Below, in pieces: positions 1 to 13,340 of a stretch of 64,000 nucleotides of DNA (positions are counted from its first letter, which is position 1; every line of letters begins with the position of its first letter). The notes beneath the pieces are model-generated. The model did no database searches. It was not told the DNA's origin and worked only from the letters and a program-made list of their open reading frames with translations. A program made the position numbers and the translations under genes. Location of the stretch: assembly GCA_010909165.1 (NCBI GenBank), contig MU008167.1, positions 310,001 through 374,000 of the forward strand. Direction: 5' to 3'. This DNA comes from Anthoceros angustus (Eukaryota; Plantae; Anthocerotophyta).

Positions 1-2450
1 TTATCTACGGGTCAGTACCCTTCGAAATCCCGAGTGCTTCCCAAGTTACAAACAGTTTCCTACTCCAAATCTGGCCTTTGACATTCTACCTTCAACTCTC
101 CCCAAATCCCCACCTTGGCTAAATCCGGAACTCTACTTTGTTCTCAACCATTTAGAAGGATTGGAAATCTTTACGCCCCTTGTTGCAATGGAAGTCCCCG
201 CAAATTAAACACGAGAGCATGCATGGCACAACTCCCTCTCTTATGCGTGGTCAACCTTTGACGACCCTTTTTTGCTACTAAAGTCCAAGCCTCCACCTTG
301 GTTCGTACGGTGACTTTGCAAGGTCTTCATCATATCGGCCAGGTATGGATTGGGAACACCAAACTTGGAAATTGGTAACCATCCTTCAGAATGAGTTTAA
401 CATCTCTCGCAGATGCGCCAACAAGCTTGTCGACTGGTTGCCATCTGCTCTGGCCTTTGATCTTCGCCCTTGTTTGGCCTGGCCTGTGGAGATCAAGGTG
501 GGTGCTGGTACATTTCAAACTCCATGTTGTCCCAGGACGGGCCGCCACGTCTGCCAAGAGCCTTAATGTTTTGTGAAGTTCTAGGTGCTCTAGCGCAGGC
601 ATAAGAATTCTTACCAATTTTTGGCCGTCTCAACATGGCCAGCTTCAAGCTACAGGTTTTGTGGCAATCCCTTGCAATTTCTTCCAACCAACAACAGTTC
701 TCATTCAAACTCGATCTGAGGCTGATGGGCGGTCCTCAATGAGTTCAAGGAGTTGCCCCCCCGCGAGAAGTGTACCCTCTTCTGGTGGGAAAGGGTCCCG
801 ACCCAACAGCTGCAGCTTTCCCCGGATCAATGGTGGTGGCCCACAGGAAAGAAGTTGCTGGCTAGCATATCTTCATTCAACTTCTAAACGGTATGTTTGT
901 ACCGGAGGCTTGTTTGCAGACATAGGCTGAAGCAGCGCCTGCGCTTCGCTCCACGTCTTCAATTGAGGCCACCCAGATAGAAACGCGCCTTGGAAATTCT
1001 ATGGAAATCCAAAGCTTCCCAAGTTACAAGCGGTTTATACCAAATCGGCCTTTGACATTCTACCTTCAACTCTCCCAAATCCCCACCTTGGCTAAATCCG
1101 AACTCTACTTTGTTCTCAACCATTTAGAAGGATTGGAAATCTTCGCCTTGTTGCAATGGAAGTCCCATAAATTAAACACGAGCATGCATGGCTCCCTCTC
1201 TTATCGTGGTCAACCTTTGACGACCCTTTTTACTAAAGTCCAAGCCTCCACCTTGGTTCGTACGGTGACTTTGCAAGGTCTTCATCATATCGGCCAGGTA
1301 TGGATTGGGAACACCAAACTTGGAAATTGGTAACCATCCTTCAGAATGAGTTTAACATCTCTCGCAGATGCGCCAACAAGCTTATATTGGTTACCGCTTC
1401 GGCTTCTGATCTTCGCCCTTGTTTGGCTTTGCTGTGGAGATCAAGGTGGTCTTGGTTTCAAACTCCATGTTGTCCCAGGACGGGCCGCCACGTCTGCCAA
1501 GAGCCTTAATGTTTTGTGAAGTTCTAGGTGCTCTAGCGCAGGCATAAGAATTCTTACCAATTTTGGCCGTCTCAACATGGCTGACTTGCTTCAGTTTTGT
1601 GGCAATCCCTTGCAATTTCTTCCAACCAACAACAGTTCTCATTCAAACTCGATCTGAGGCTGATGGGCGGTCCTCAATGAGTTCAAGGAGTTGCCCCCCC
1701 GCGAGAAGTGTACCCTCTTCCGGTGGGAAAGGGTCCCGACCCCAATTTGCAGCTTTCCCGGATCAATGGTGGTGGCCACAGGGAAAGAAGTTGCTGGCTA
1801 GCATATCTTCATTCAACTTCTAAACGGTATGTTTTGTCTGGGAGGCTTGTTTGAGACATAGGCTGGCTTCGCTGGCGCTCCACGTCTTCAATTGAGGCCA
1901 CCCAGATAGAAACGCGCCTTGGAAATTCTATGGAAATCCAAAGCTATCCAGCCTAAAGTTCGCTTCACAGTTAGGGCTATGTGGCAGACCGCTGTGCCGA
2001 ACACCGACAAATGGGATGGTTTCTTGGGAGCGTGTGGGGTAATGGCTTGCTAGTTTTGTCTGGCCAGGGTGCCGCTCAAATCTCAGCATAATTATGTTCT
2101 TCTTCTATCCCTTCTCAAAGGAAATCTGGAGAATTATGTAAAGGTGGTTGCGCACTTTGTTCCCCAGGCGGGATGTTCAAATTACCCTAGAAATAGCCTT
2201 GTACTGCATGCATCCTCGTCATCGTCGCTCCCTACTCCCTGTGGTCCACCACCCTCTACACATTATGGTGTAATTGGGCTATTGTCACATATGGAGGCAA
2301 GGCAACGTTGTCCTTCCCTGCTCTATTGGCTTCGATTTGGCACCAGGTTTTGACCTCAGGAGAGGCCTTCCAACAGCGTTCGAGATCCAAATTTCGGGCA
2401 AAGCATTAGAAAATGGCAGTCTTTCTCGACCACTCCGGCAGATGGATCTT
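1..2450 (+). mobile_element. Degenerate LINE (L1-like) ORF2 C-terminal region (zf-RVT-like), partly duplicated
   Basis: Broken frames give QPKVRFTVRAMWQTAVP (cf. PPKVxxFxW), C*FC...H...C and IWRQGNVVL (cf. IWxxRNxxxF), typical of plant LINE ORF2 C-termini. Many stops and frameshifts. Confidence 0.5.
37..1946. repeat. Adjacent near-identical duplication, period about 930-980 bp
   Basis: aattgaggccacccagatagaaacgcgcc occurs at 961 and about 1890. Junction near 1016 re-enters at tcccaagttac (cf. about 39). The copies differ mainly by small indels. Confidence 0.9.
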
Positions 2451-4169
2451 TCATTGCCCCTGGCTGTAAGGCTGGTTTCTCTTCGTTATTTCCTAATTTT
2501 CAGCCGAGGTTTGCCTTTATCCTACCTTCTCCTCCCCTTGCCTTTGCCTTCACCCCGACCTGTCCGGGGACCGATCGGCCCTCCCCTCCTAGTTCTTATG
2601 GTCGCTTCACTCCATCCTCCTGCACCCCTTCCTCCTGCTTCCTTTACCCAATCCCCTCCACCTCCTTGTTTCCACAACAAAGGGATGGCTTCTCACCTTG
2701 ACCCCAATAGTGCCTTGTCAACGTCCCCTAGATGGACATTGGATTTGGATGTTGACGATCTCACAATGTCCACCTCCGCTTGGGTTGGCAAACGATCTTG
2801 CGACAAGCTTAAGGCCCACGAAGGCTCCAAGCTCCCTCTGACTGCTAACAACCTAGAGGTGGCCTCCCCTTCTCCCATCCAGGTAGCGTAGAAGACTCGC
2901 CCAGTATCCGCTCTGCCTGCCCTCAGATAGCTTCGCCTTCCGCCACCGACCCCGACTCTCTCTTCAGCAAGAAGACATCAAATCCAATACAACAAAGTGA
3001 AGCTGGAGGATGATTCATGGACTACGGCCATGCAGCAACTTCACCAAGCCCTCATCTCAATCTGCACGGCCCCAGGGAATAGGATACATATGACCGTTCT
3101 ACTCTGTGGCCAAACTCCAACGGTGCTGCTATGGTTTCTTCGAGTGCTAATTTTGGAGGAAATGTGGCTTGCAAAAGATGCGCAAGCTAAGTCGCCAAGA
3201 CCCGCTTTCTCACGACTCTCCTTACTCATCGACATCAGGAAGTATATCAGTCAGCTTCTTTGGCACCATTCACCCTCTCCTGATCTACCCGATTTGTCTG
3301 TACTAGGTGACTAGATGACTTTAAGCCCATGCACGGAGACTGATGTGCTTCCCCTCTTCCTAGCCCAACCCCCCATTTGGTCTCCTGTAAAACTTTGGCT
3401 TCAGGTTTTTCCGAAACTCTGTAGGTACCCCAACCCCGCCTTCAACTTTCCAATTTCTTGCAATCCCTTCCGTAAGGGGATGTGGGATGGTTCCAGTCAG
3501 CGCTTCAGCTCTCCATTGCTACCAAATCCGTGATCTTTGAGGGGGCCCTCCCCCTCTATGAGAAAAGTTTAGTGCTTTTGCTTTACCATGAACTCATTGA
3601 CGTAGAACTTATGCTACAGGTTATACTTAGAACCTTTCCTCACTCCCCCTCTTCTAACTTACCGGACTTGAAGCCTAAGCCAGAACCACTCTCACCGCCT
3701 ACCTCCTCCTTCTCCGACCCCTCCCCGCACCCCCTCAGTGCCCCCCCCCTCCCGGATGGCCTATCTTCTCTCATGCACTCCCTCTTGAAGTATGAAGTTG
3801 TGCTCTCCTCTTTGGAAGAGGCCACCGCCTTCAAGAAGGTTGCGATCGACAAAACCTTTTTGTTTAATTATTTCGGCGAGACCCCACACTACCCAAAAAA
3901 AAAATTTAATAACGAAAGATACAGGTCTATGCAAAGATGAGCTGTATTCCTTCACACCACATAATAATAACAACATAGTGTTACTCCCAGGTAGTTGTGC
4001 CTATTAAATACCACTACGGTAAACAGAATGACGACGATAATAAATGAAACATAAGAGGAGTTTACGGAACCAGGGACATCCAGCACCCTGGGAATGGGGA
4101 CACGACACAGCACGCAACCCAGCGCTCTTCAACAAAACAATGCCGGACGCTAGACTGTAGCAAGGTGCC

Positions 4170-7100
4170 ATGGGGGATACGGGGCCGCTCTTCAACAATA
4201 TACTGCTGGGGGGCCGCTCTGGTCAGGTGTGCTATGGCTACGGTCGTGTTTTTGCTGAAGTTGAGGCGTACCAAATTTATGGCGAATGACTGTGTCTCCA
4301 GCTTTGCCAAACGCAAATTGGATAGCTCTGTAGCCAGTAGGAGGCATCCTGATTCTGATTGTGGACATCGTCACTCACATGAGTCTGTTCGTGAGAAGGT
4401 TGCTCTGTCAGGCAATTGAGGGAGGAATCAGGTCTTTCTCTTAGGGTTTGGCATTTTGTTGTGCGCAGCATCCCGGCCAGCTCAGAATTCACGTGGGTGG
4501 CTTCATATGGAAGAAGCAAGGCGGCGGCAAGGTTGTAGAGGTGTCCAAAGTGGATCTTGCCGGTCTATGGTGGACTCGGATACCCCGAGGGTATCAGCTG
4601 GGTCTGAGGTTGAAGGCAGGCTCAAACGTTAAGTTTAATGGATTTCGGGAGCAGGTAGTTCTCAATTCTATCTTTGGTGACTGCAGAGTGTGCAGAGCCG
4701 AAATGAATTACCCTCTGCTATTGGGTTGTTTGTATTGAAGGAGTATGTATGGTGCAGGATGTTCAGAGCCTCAACGATTTCATGGCATCAAACCTGGATG
4801 TTACCCCTGAGAACAAACAGCTGGCAATTGCTGGGCGCAACTGGGGAGAAGCAAAGCTTGATGGTACTGTTGATCAGCCTCCTGAGTCTTTCTTTTTGTC
4901 TGGATATATAATGTGCTGGTATTAAACTCGTGTAACTGTTGCTGCAGGCAATATGCTCTCTTTCGTTGTGGGTGACAAACATGCGTTTGAGGTCTCCATC
5001 GCTGACGTCTCACAGACACAAATATCAGGGAAAAATGACGTTGTACTGGAGTTTCATGTGGATGACACCACAGGGGCAAATGAGGTAGCAACAGTGTTTT
5101 GCTGTCAAGTTGTCTCATCGCATAGCATGATCCAAGAACGTTCGACACTGACCTCATGGTGTGTCATTCAGAAAGATACGCTTATGGAGATGAGTTTTCA
5201 TGTACCTAACACCAACGCCACTTATGTTGGTGATGAGGAGCGTCCTTCTGCAGAGGTAGGATGCATGGTTCTTGACACGTGTCATCATCGGTGGGTTTGT
5301 TGTGTGTGCTTTGTGGATTTCGGAATCTGACAGTGCAACTCGCTGTAGGTTTTTCATGATAAGATCATGGCAATGGCTGATGTGGGGCCATCAGGTGCAG
5401 AAGCTATTGCTACATTTGAGGAAGTTGGTATTCTAACCCCCAGGTATGGTTCTCTGTGGCTTGTATGGTGGTCAGTTTCCCTGCTGCTGTATTGCTGTCA
5501 TTAATTATTGACTGAGCAGGTTAGTCTGTCACATCTTAGACTGGACTTGAACTATGGCTTAGACTTAACCTGAACAACGGCACTGGCAGGGGAAAGTACA
5601 ATGTGGAGTTCCACATTTCATTTTTGAGACTTCAAGGCGCAAATGACTTCAAGATTCAGTACAGCAGTATAGTCCGTCTGTTTTTGCTGCCGAAGGTACT
5701 GTTGCTGTGCTTGTGTAGAATGGGGAAAGTAATTCAAATCCTCTGAGAGATGACCCCTGAGAAAAGTGTCTATGCATGCTGCTGAATTTCCCTTTTTGGT
5801 ATCTGTGCAAGGTTCTGGTGGTTTCAAAGCTCTTGTTACACCTGCTTTTACTGAACCGATCTGTTTTTATTTGTAACAGTCCACTCAGCCATTTACGTTT
5901 GTGGTTATTACTTTGGATCCTCCAATCAGAAAGGGCCAGACTTTCTATCCTCACATAGTTTTGCAGGTCTGGTCTCCGTTTGATTTTGCTGTGGTTTCCT
6001 ACGTTTCTGTTTGCTACCTAGCATCTTACTTTCAAACCCTGCTGACTTTCAGATGTCATGCTGCTGTAGTTTCCAACGGAAGAAACGACTGAGTGCCCTT
6101 TCCATTTCTGAGGAACTTCTCAACACAAAGTACAAAGATAGCTGCAGTCAAATTACAAGGTTTTAAATTCTTACGTGTGCCAGTGCAGTGTTCCCCTGAA
6201 TATCAGCAGAATAGCTGATGTGCTGTTTCCTTTTTTTCTTTTCTAATCTTGCATCAGGGACAATCGCACGAAGTGTTTACTCAAATACTGCGGGGGCTCT
6301 CTGGCTCAAAAATCAGCCGGCCTGGGAAGTTTCGCAGCAGTCAAGAAGGTTTTTCTGTCCGGGCATCTCTCAAAGCAGAGGAAGGCACTTTGTACCCACT
6401 GGAGAAAAGCTTCTTCTTTTTGCCCAAGCCCCCAACCCTTGTCCTGCATGACGAGGTGCGTCAGGTTGGCATGCATCCTTGTGTGTTTGATATAGGGTCC
6501 ACATTTGGCAGAGCAGCACTGACCCATAAACCACCGTATGGGCAGATTAGTACGTGGGTTTGTTGTGTGTGCTTTGTGGATTTCGGAATCTGACAGTGCA
6601 ACTCGCTGTAGGTTTTTCATGATAAGATCATGGCAATGGCTGATGTGGGGCCATCAGGTGCAGAAGCTATTGCTACATTTGAGGAAGTTGGTATTCTAAC
6701 CCCAGGTATGGTTCTCTGTGGCTTGTATGGTGGTCAGTTTCCTGCTGCTGTATTGCTGTCATTAATTATTGACTGAGCAGGTTAGTCTGTCACATCTTAG
6801 ACTGGACTTGAACTATGGCTTAGACTTAACCTGAACAACGGCACTGGCAGGGGAAAGTACAATGTGGAGTTCCACATTTCATTTTTGAGACTTCAAGGCG
6901 CAAATGACTTCAAGATTCAGTACAGCAGTATAGTCCGTCTGTTTTGCTGCCGAAGGTACTGTTGCTGTGCTTGTGTAGAATGGGGAAAGTAATTCAAATC
7001 CTCTGAGAGATGACCCTGAGAAAGTGTCTATGCATGCTGCTGAATTTCCTTTTGGTATCTGTGCAAGGTTCTGGTGGTTTCAAAGCTCTTGTTACACCTG

Positions 7101-9588
7101 CTTTTACTGAACCGATCTGTTTTTATTTGTAACAGTCCACTCAGCCATTTACGTTTGTGGTTATTACTTTGGATCCTCCAATCAGAAAGGGCCAGACTTT
7201 CTATCCTCACATAGTTTTGCAGGTCTGGTCTCCGTTTGATTTTGCTGTGGTTTCCTACGTTTCTGTTTGCTACCTAGCATCTTACTTTCAAACCCTGCTG
7301 ACTTTCAGATGTCATGCTGCTGTAGTTTCCAACGGAAGAAACGACTGAGTGCCCCCTTTCCATTTCTGAGGAACTTCTCAACACAAAGTACAAAGATAGG
7401 CTGCAGTCAAATTACAAGGTTTTAAATTCTTACGTGTGCCAGTGCAGTGTTCCCCTGAATATCAGCAGAATAGCTGATGTGCTGTTTCCTTTTTTTCTTT
7501 TCTAATCTTGCATCAGGGACAATCGCACGAAGTGTTTACTCAAATACTGCGGGGGCTCTCTGGCTCAAAAATCAGCCGGCCTGGGAAGTTTCGCAGCAGT
7601 CAAGAAGGTTTTTCTGTCCGGGCATCTCTCAAAGCAGAGGAAGGCACTTTGTACCCACTGGAGAAAAGCTTCTTCTTTTTGCCCAAGCCCCCAACCCTTG
7701 TCCTGCATGACGAGGTGCGTCCGGGTTGGCATGCATCCTTGTGTGTTTGATATAGGGTCCACATTTGGCAGAGCAGCACTGACCCATAAACCACCGTATG
7801 GGCAGATTGAGTACGTGGAGTTTGAAAGGCATGGAGCAGCTGGTGCGACTGGCATGTCCTCACATTATTTTGATCTAATTCTTCGTCTAAAGAGCGAGCA
7901 GGAGCATCAGTTTCGCAATATCCAGCGAAATGAGTACCACAATCTGTTTAATTTCATCAGGTCTGACTACACAACTTTGGGTATGAGGGGTTTCTGTGCT
8001 CTTCTGTGGGCATTGTTTGACTCTCTTGTCTGTGTGTCAGCTCCAAAAATCTGAAGATTTTGAATCTGGGAGATGCCCAAGGTACAGGCGGAGTGGTGGC
8101 AGCTCTGGCAAGCTCTGATGATGAAGGGGTAGATCCTCATCTTACTCGAATCCGCAACGCCCAGGAAGCGGGTGATGATGACAGTGACGAAGAGGTAACG
8201 CCCCATTAGAGGGCTTCGGAACTTAATGTGCTTTTTAAATTTAACTTGGGACAGTGGTTCTGGATCTGGTACACGGACGTTCGCTGATTTATTGCCCTTT
8301 CCAGGATGAGGATTTTGTGGCAGAGAAGGATGATTCTGGATCTCCAACGGATGCTTCAGAGGACGAAGGTTCTGATGCCAGTGCTGCGAGTAATAGGGAG
8401 GAGGATGAGGTTACTATGTGTTTTTGTTCGGCCAGCCACTTGCAGACATGCTGAGTTAGGTCTTAATGTCACTGACATTATCACATCTACAGGAGAGGCC
8501 CTCAAAGGTCGAAAAGAAGAAAGAGGGAGCTCCGCGAGCTCCTGGAGCAAAGAGCAAGAGGAAAGCGGAGGATGAGGGAGACAGTGGCAAGAAGAAGAAG
8601 CGAAAGAAGAAGGATCCAAATGCACCTAAGCGGCCGCTGACAAGTTTTATGACGTTCTCCCTGGAACAACGGGAGGTACAGTCTTGCGTGATCCTCCCCT
8701 TCCCTGTTGCAGCGTTACCTGCATTCACAGTGTCTGCTGAACGAGCCTCTGCCGTCATGCACTTAATCGGATGCATTGAAGGATAATGACGCATGGGCTG
8801 TGCTGCAGTAATAGGGAGGAGGATGAGGTTACTATGTGTTTTTGTTCGGCCAGCCACTTGCAGACATGCTGAGTTAGGTCTTAATGTCACTGACATTATC
8901 ACATCTACAGGAGAGGCCCTCAAAGGTCGAAAAGAAGAAAGAGGGAGCTCCGCGAGCTCCTGGAGCAAAGAGCAAGAGGAAAGCGGAGGATGAGGGAGAC
9001 AGTGGCAAGAAGAAGAAGCGAAAGAAGAAGGATCCAAATGCACCTAAGCGGCCGCTGACAAGTTTTATGACGTTCTCCCTGGAACAACGGGAGGTACAGT
9101 CTTGCGTGATCCTCCCCTTCCCTGTTGCAGCGTTACCTGCATTCACAGTGTCTGCTGAACGAGCCTCTGCCGTCATGCACTTAATCGGATGCATTGAAGG
9201 ATAATGACGCATGGGCTGTGCTATGCAGGTTGTCAAAAAAACCACTCCAAGTACTTCCTTCCAAGAGATGGGGAAGATTTTGGGTGACAAATGGAAAAAG
9301 ATGACAGGTATATACATACATAACAGATCAGGGCCTTGGGTTTGCCAGCCACACCTCTCCGTTGGTTCTTGAAAGCTATGTGGCACGTATGCTGTAACGT
9401 GACTCTTGATCGTTAGTTCTCCATGTTTTCATGCAGCTAAAGAGAGGGAGCCTTACGAGGCAAAGGCGAAGCTCGGCAAAGAGCGGTACCAGGCACAAAT
9501 GGCAGCATACAAATCTGCCGGAGGTGCTTCCGCGGCACCAGAAGAAGATGGTGCAGGCACGGATGATGAAGCATCTCGCAGTGATTGA
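4170..9588 (+). CDS. SSRP1: FACT complex subunit SSRP1, multi-exon
   Basis: Exons approx. 4170-4226 ([19 protein letters not shown]), 4469-4654, 4758-4863, 4948-5084, 5172-5255, 5349-5443, 5590-5695, 5880-5966, 6070-6159, 6258-6455, [exons 6-10 repeated 6611-7714], 7806-7960, 8041-8194, 8305-8409, 8493-8675 [repeated 8911-9093], 9229-9307, 9437-9588, all GT-AG. Motifs [69 protein letters not shown] and HMG box [10 protein letters not shown]...GDKWKKM match plant SSRP1. Confidence 0.96.
5291..7816. repeat. Adjacent duplication of SSRP1 exons 6-10, period about 1263 bp
   Basis: gtgggtttgttgtgtgtgc at 5291 and 6554. Junction microhomology gtgg just inside exon 11. Each copy carries different 1-2 nt indels. 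Confidence 0.92.
8391..9226. repeat. Adjacent, essentially identical 418-bp duplication of one SSRP1 exon
   Basis: taatagggaggaggatgagg at 8391 and 8809. ORFs 8466-8786 and 8884-9204 are identical (106 aa). Confidence 0.95.
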
Positions 9589-10275
9589 ACAGTCTGTGTG
9601 CCCGCTTTGCTGCGGAACATGTAAATCCCTCTGCTCCGTTTTCCCCTTGGCAGCAGAAACGCAAATGCTCGTTCCAAGCGGGCAGTGTAGAGACACCCTG
9701 TCCAGGCAATTCATGAGACCTTGTCTGACATGCATAGAAGGAGTAGCAACCTTTGTGGCACAGAGTTCCATGCAGTGGATCTTCCCTGAAGGGAAGACGA
9801 AACAGTCCATTCATGCTTGGAAGGTTTTCCGCCACTTGTCGACCGGGGGGGCGACCCAAGCTTCCAATGTCGCGAAGGGGCAAATATGCCCGAGATTCCA
9901 ATTCGAAATACAAAGGACGCAGCGCGCTGGATAAAAACAGGAGGACGGCCTGGCCTGACCTGCCGTACCTCACGCTCAACGCACGAAGGCTGAAAAGTTG
10001 GTCTGTGAAAAGTAAGGCGTGACAAACTCTTGGCGAGCTGTTCACAGGTTGCCAAAGAGATCGGAGAGTCAAAATTCACGAGAAAAGTGTTTCCCTTTCC
10101 GATAAGGAGGTCCTAGTAACTATGAGTATGTAGTAGGTGGAACTTGGCAGAGTGGCAGGTGGAGAGGACCAACGACAGGGACCTGGAATGAAAGGCACCT
10201 TGGTAATTGCCACTCGACAAAACTTAGGGTCTATCACAAGCCTTAGTACTCCAGCCTGAAATGGTGCAGCTTGAC

Positions 10276-12059
10276 CTACATTGCTGCAACCGCCGCACTC
10301 GCAGTGTTTTCTTGAGGTTGCTGCTCAAGCTCTGCATTAGGAGCCATAGGGATCAGGCCGAGAACGTTGAACATGTGCTGGTCGGCCTCTAACTCGTTGT
10401 TCTTCGTGGTAAGAAGCTTGTCCCCAGTGAAGATGGAATTGGCACCAGCCATGAAACACATAGCTTGCTCTGCTTGAGAGAACTTGATGCGCCCAGCAGA
10501 AAGGCGCACCATAGCCTTGGGCATCACAATCCGTGCGGTGGCGATCATGCGCAACATATCCCAGATTTCCACCGGCTGTGAAACCAGAGGAGGTGAATAG
10601 TTGGACAAGAATGAGGCAGCAGGTTAAGCTGGAGATATGGTAAAGACAAATGAGGGGAAGTAACCTGTTGATGTTCAAGAGGTGTGCCTTTCACAGCAAC
10701 TAGCGCATTGATTGGGACACTTTCAGGATGTTGCGGGAGAGTTGCCAGAGTGTGCAGTAGGCCAACACGATCTTCAGCTGCTTCACCCAGTCCCAGGATG
10801 CCCCCTGCAACATAGAACAATGCCCGTGCCTCTGAGCCAAGTGCAACCTGGAGTCTGCCCCACAGATACTTGCCTGAACCTACTCTTCAGCAAACGCTAC
10901 ACCTCAAACTGTCCTGCATTATAAAACTGTGTCACAACTCAGAAAGGCAGTTAACCTCACCAGAACATACGCTGATGCCTGCATCCCTGACGAACTCCAG
11001 AGTCTGTAGGCGCTCATCATAGCTTCTCGTCGAAATGACCTTCGGATAGAACTCTCGGGATGTATCCAGGTTGTGGTTGTAAGCCGTCAATCCAGCACTC
11101 TTCAGCTGCTCAGCCTGCTCCTTTTCCAGCATGCCAAGCGTACAACACACTTCCAGCCCCATTCCCCTGGCCACAGCACGACAAAACGCCAGAGTGAGAC
11201 ACGAAGCAGGCGACCTATCCATCCATGACAGCAACCACACTATCTATCCACCTAATTTCCTTGACATATTGCAAGATTTGATTGAAGTTCGTCTTCCTGC
11301 CAGTCGTGTCCCGCCACGCAGCTCCCATGCAAAACCTCGTGCTACCTGCCTCCTTAGCCTATAGAACGGCGCACCTCAGCAAACCTTCCCGCCAGAAAGA
11401 GAAAAGAAACCTCCTCCAGCAACCAGCAACAAGCAACCTAGACATTCCAAACCAAAGTACCTTCCGGGCAGCATCAATCACAGTGTCTTCACCGAGCATC
11501 TTGGAAGCCTTCACATCCGTCTGATACCGGGAGGACTGCGGACAGTAGGAACAATCTTCCGAGCAACCACCGGTCTTGATCGACAGCAAAGTGCACAGCT
11601 GCACTTCTCTGAATTTCTGTGCATGCCTGTGGACCTGCGCCTGCACCACACCAACAGACTACGCCTCTAAATCGGATATTCCAACATCATTCCCGCAATG
11701 CGCACAGCATCGCTGCAGCATCCACACAACACACTAACCCCATGGAAGATGAGATCAAGCAGAGGCGAATCATACACGGCCTGAATCTCCTCCCGCGTCC
11801 AATCCGTGCGCGGGCCATACCGCACAGCCTGCTCCGCGGCGGCTGCAGCTGCGGACGCTGCAGGTGCCGCGCCCGGACAGGCGTACAAGGCTGCTGAGAA
11901 GCGCGGAGGCCTGGCGGGCGGTGAATTCACAGTCCCCTCGGCTGCTCCAGCTGCAGCAGAATGCGCGACTGTGGAGCAGGAGAGGAAGCGAGCGCGCGCG
12001 GAGCAAAGGCGCGACGCCGACGCCGACGCCGCCACCAACACTGAGCGTTGCAACGCCAT
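10276..12059 (-). CDS. BIO2: Biotin synthase (radical SAM), 6 exons, N-terminal transit-like peptide
   Basis: Exons approx. 12059-11739, 11640-11461, 11358-11262, 11166-10961, 10804-10665, 10575-10276. CSEDCSYC (CxxxCxxC), [54 protein letters not shown]. Ala/Arg/Ser-rich N-terminus. Confidence 0.97.
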
Positions 12060-12439
12060 AGCCAAAGCTCTGGCACTCTGCGCCTGCCGCCTCTCATGGG
12101 CCTTTCACATGAAAGGCGCCGTTCGCAGTTCACTCCGAAATGAACGGATTAAGCTTATTTTACAGCGAATGGATATTTTATGAATAAAATGCAGAGATGG
12201 GAAGTCCCATCTATCGAGTAATAATTATTGACCTTCTTTCATCCCGTGTTTACTATGTTGCTGTAGCCTTTCCATGGGCCTTTCTATGCAATGTTGCAAC
12301 AAAGATGGTATTGCGTTCCTAAAGCGCCTTCTTGGGTATAGGGCATGCCCGTTACGGAACTGATTACATGCTGGTGATGGGACTGCACGCTTCTGGATGA
12401 TGCTAGCCTAGAAGAACGCCGACAGGGCAGCGTTGTGAA

Positions 12440-12670
12440 ATGCCCTGACAAGCCATAACATCCAAAACTGATTCCAGAAAGCCCTAGCGTGCATCCGAGA
12501 CTGATTCTCAAAAACCTGCCTTACATCTTCCAGTTCACCACATTTTGCTTCCACAATCCTTCATAAGGCAAGCAAAAGTAACATGGTTTGCCAATATGAG
12601 GCCCGCCTCCTCCATTTGTCCATACACAACAAAGCGCCTCTTTACTTGCATGGCGCAATGCCACTGTAAG
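12440..12670 (-). pseudogene. Degraded PLS-class PPR fragment
   Basis: Minus-strand frames read YGQMEEAGLILAN-HVTFACLMKDCGS, then after a frame break AKCGELEDVRQVFE..FWN: pieces of P, L and S motifs. Confidence 0.55.
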
Positions 12671-13168
12671 ATGTTATAGCTACACTTATTCGCGGCTTAT
12701 AACAAATTCAGTTTCTACAATTAAAATTATGTCCATAATAAGCTAATCATGTAACAAACACCACAAGCTCTACCATAGATAAACATACCAATAGAGATCA
12801 ACCCCATTTTTCTAAAATGTGATGGCAAGTGAACCTGTTTGGAAGCTTTAGCAATAAAAAAAGATTCTTTTTTGATATATGATGTACAAGTATTACTTTC
12901 TCATATTCAAAAACATGTGTTTCCGCACCACCGTTGTTCTTTGGTTAATAGTCTTTGGGAATTGATAGGAATACATCTCGAAAGAGAATCGTCTTCCGGG
13001 CTTACGTAGCGTTTAGGCTATACTATTAGCTTTACTGACCATCTAGTATTAATGGGAAAGCCAACTGGCGTAGGCTTGATTGATGATAGTAAGCAGGTTC
13101 GAGCTACAGAGGCCACTAGTCCACAGGCTGGAATGGAATCAGCGTCACATATACGGCACTGGGATATG

Positions 13169-13340
13169 GCGCTAGGTTCTTTTCGAAACAAGTTGTTTCA
13201 ATCTAGAGGGGCTACATTGCAGGATTGAACTAAATTGAAAGTGAGTACTGCACACAGCGCTAGGTTCTTTTCGAAATAAGTTATTTCAATCTAGAGGGGC
13301 TATGTTGCGAGATTGAACTGGATGGAAAGTAAGTACTGCG
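13169..13340. repeat. 88-bp direct repeat, two copies
   Basis: gcgctaggttcttttcgaaa(c/t)aagtt(g/a)tttcaatctagaggggcta...aaagt(g/a)agtactgc at 13169 and 13257. Confidence 0.85.

Noticed and set aside
4279-4430. Alternative SSRP1 start (MANDCV...ALSGN)
   Set aside because: Ends in a stop and lies within intron 1. The exon at 4170-4226 matches the conserved [10 protein letters not shown]-terminus.
13169-13340. CRISPR-like repeat arrays (also 23779-24060, 50162-50470)
   Set aside because: Eukaryotic context, no unique spacers of constant length, no cas genes. These are ordinary tandem repeats.
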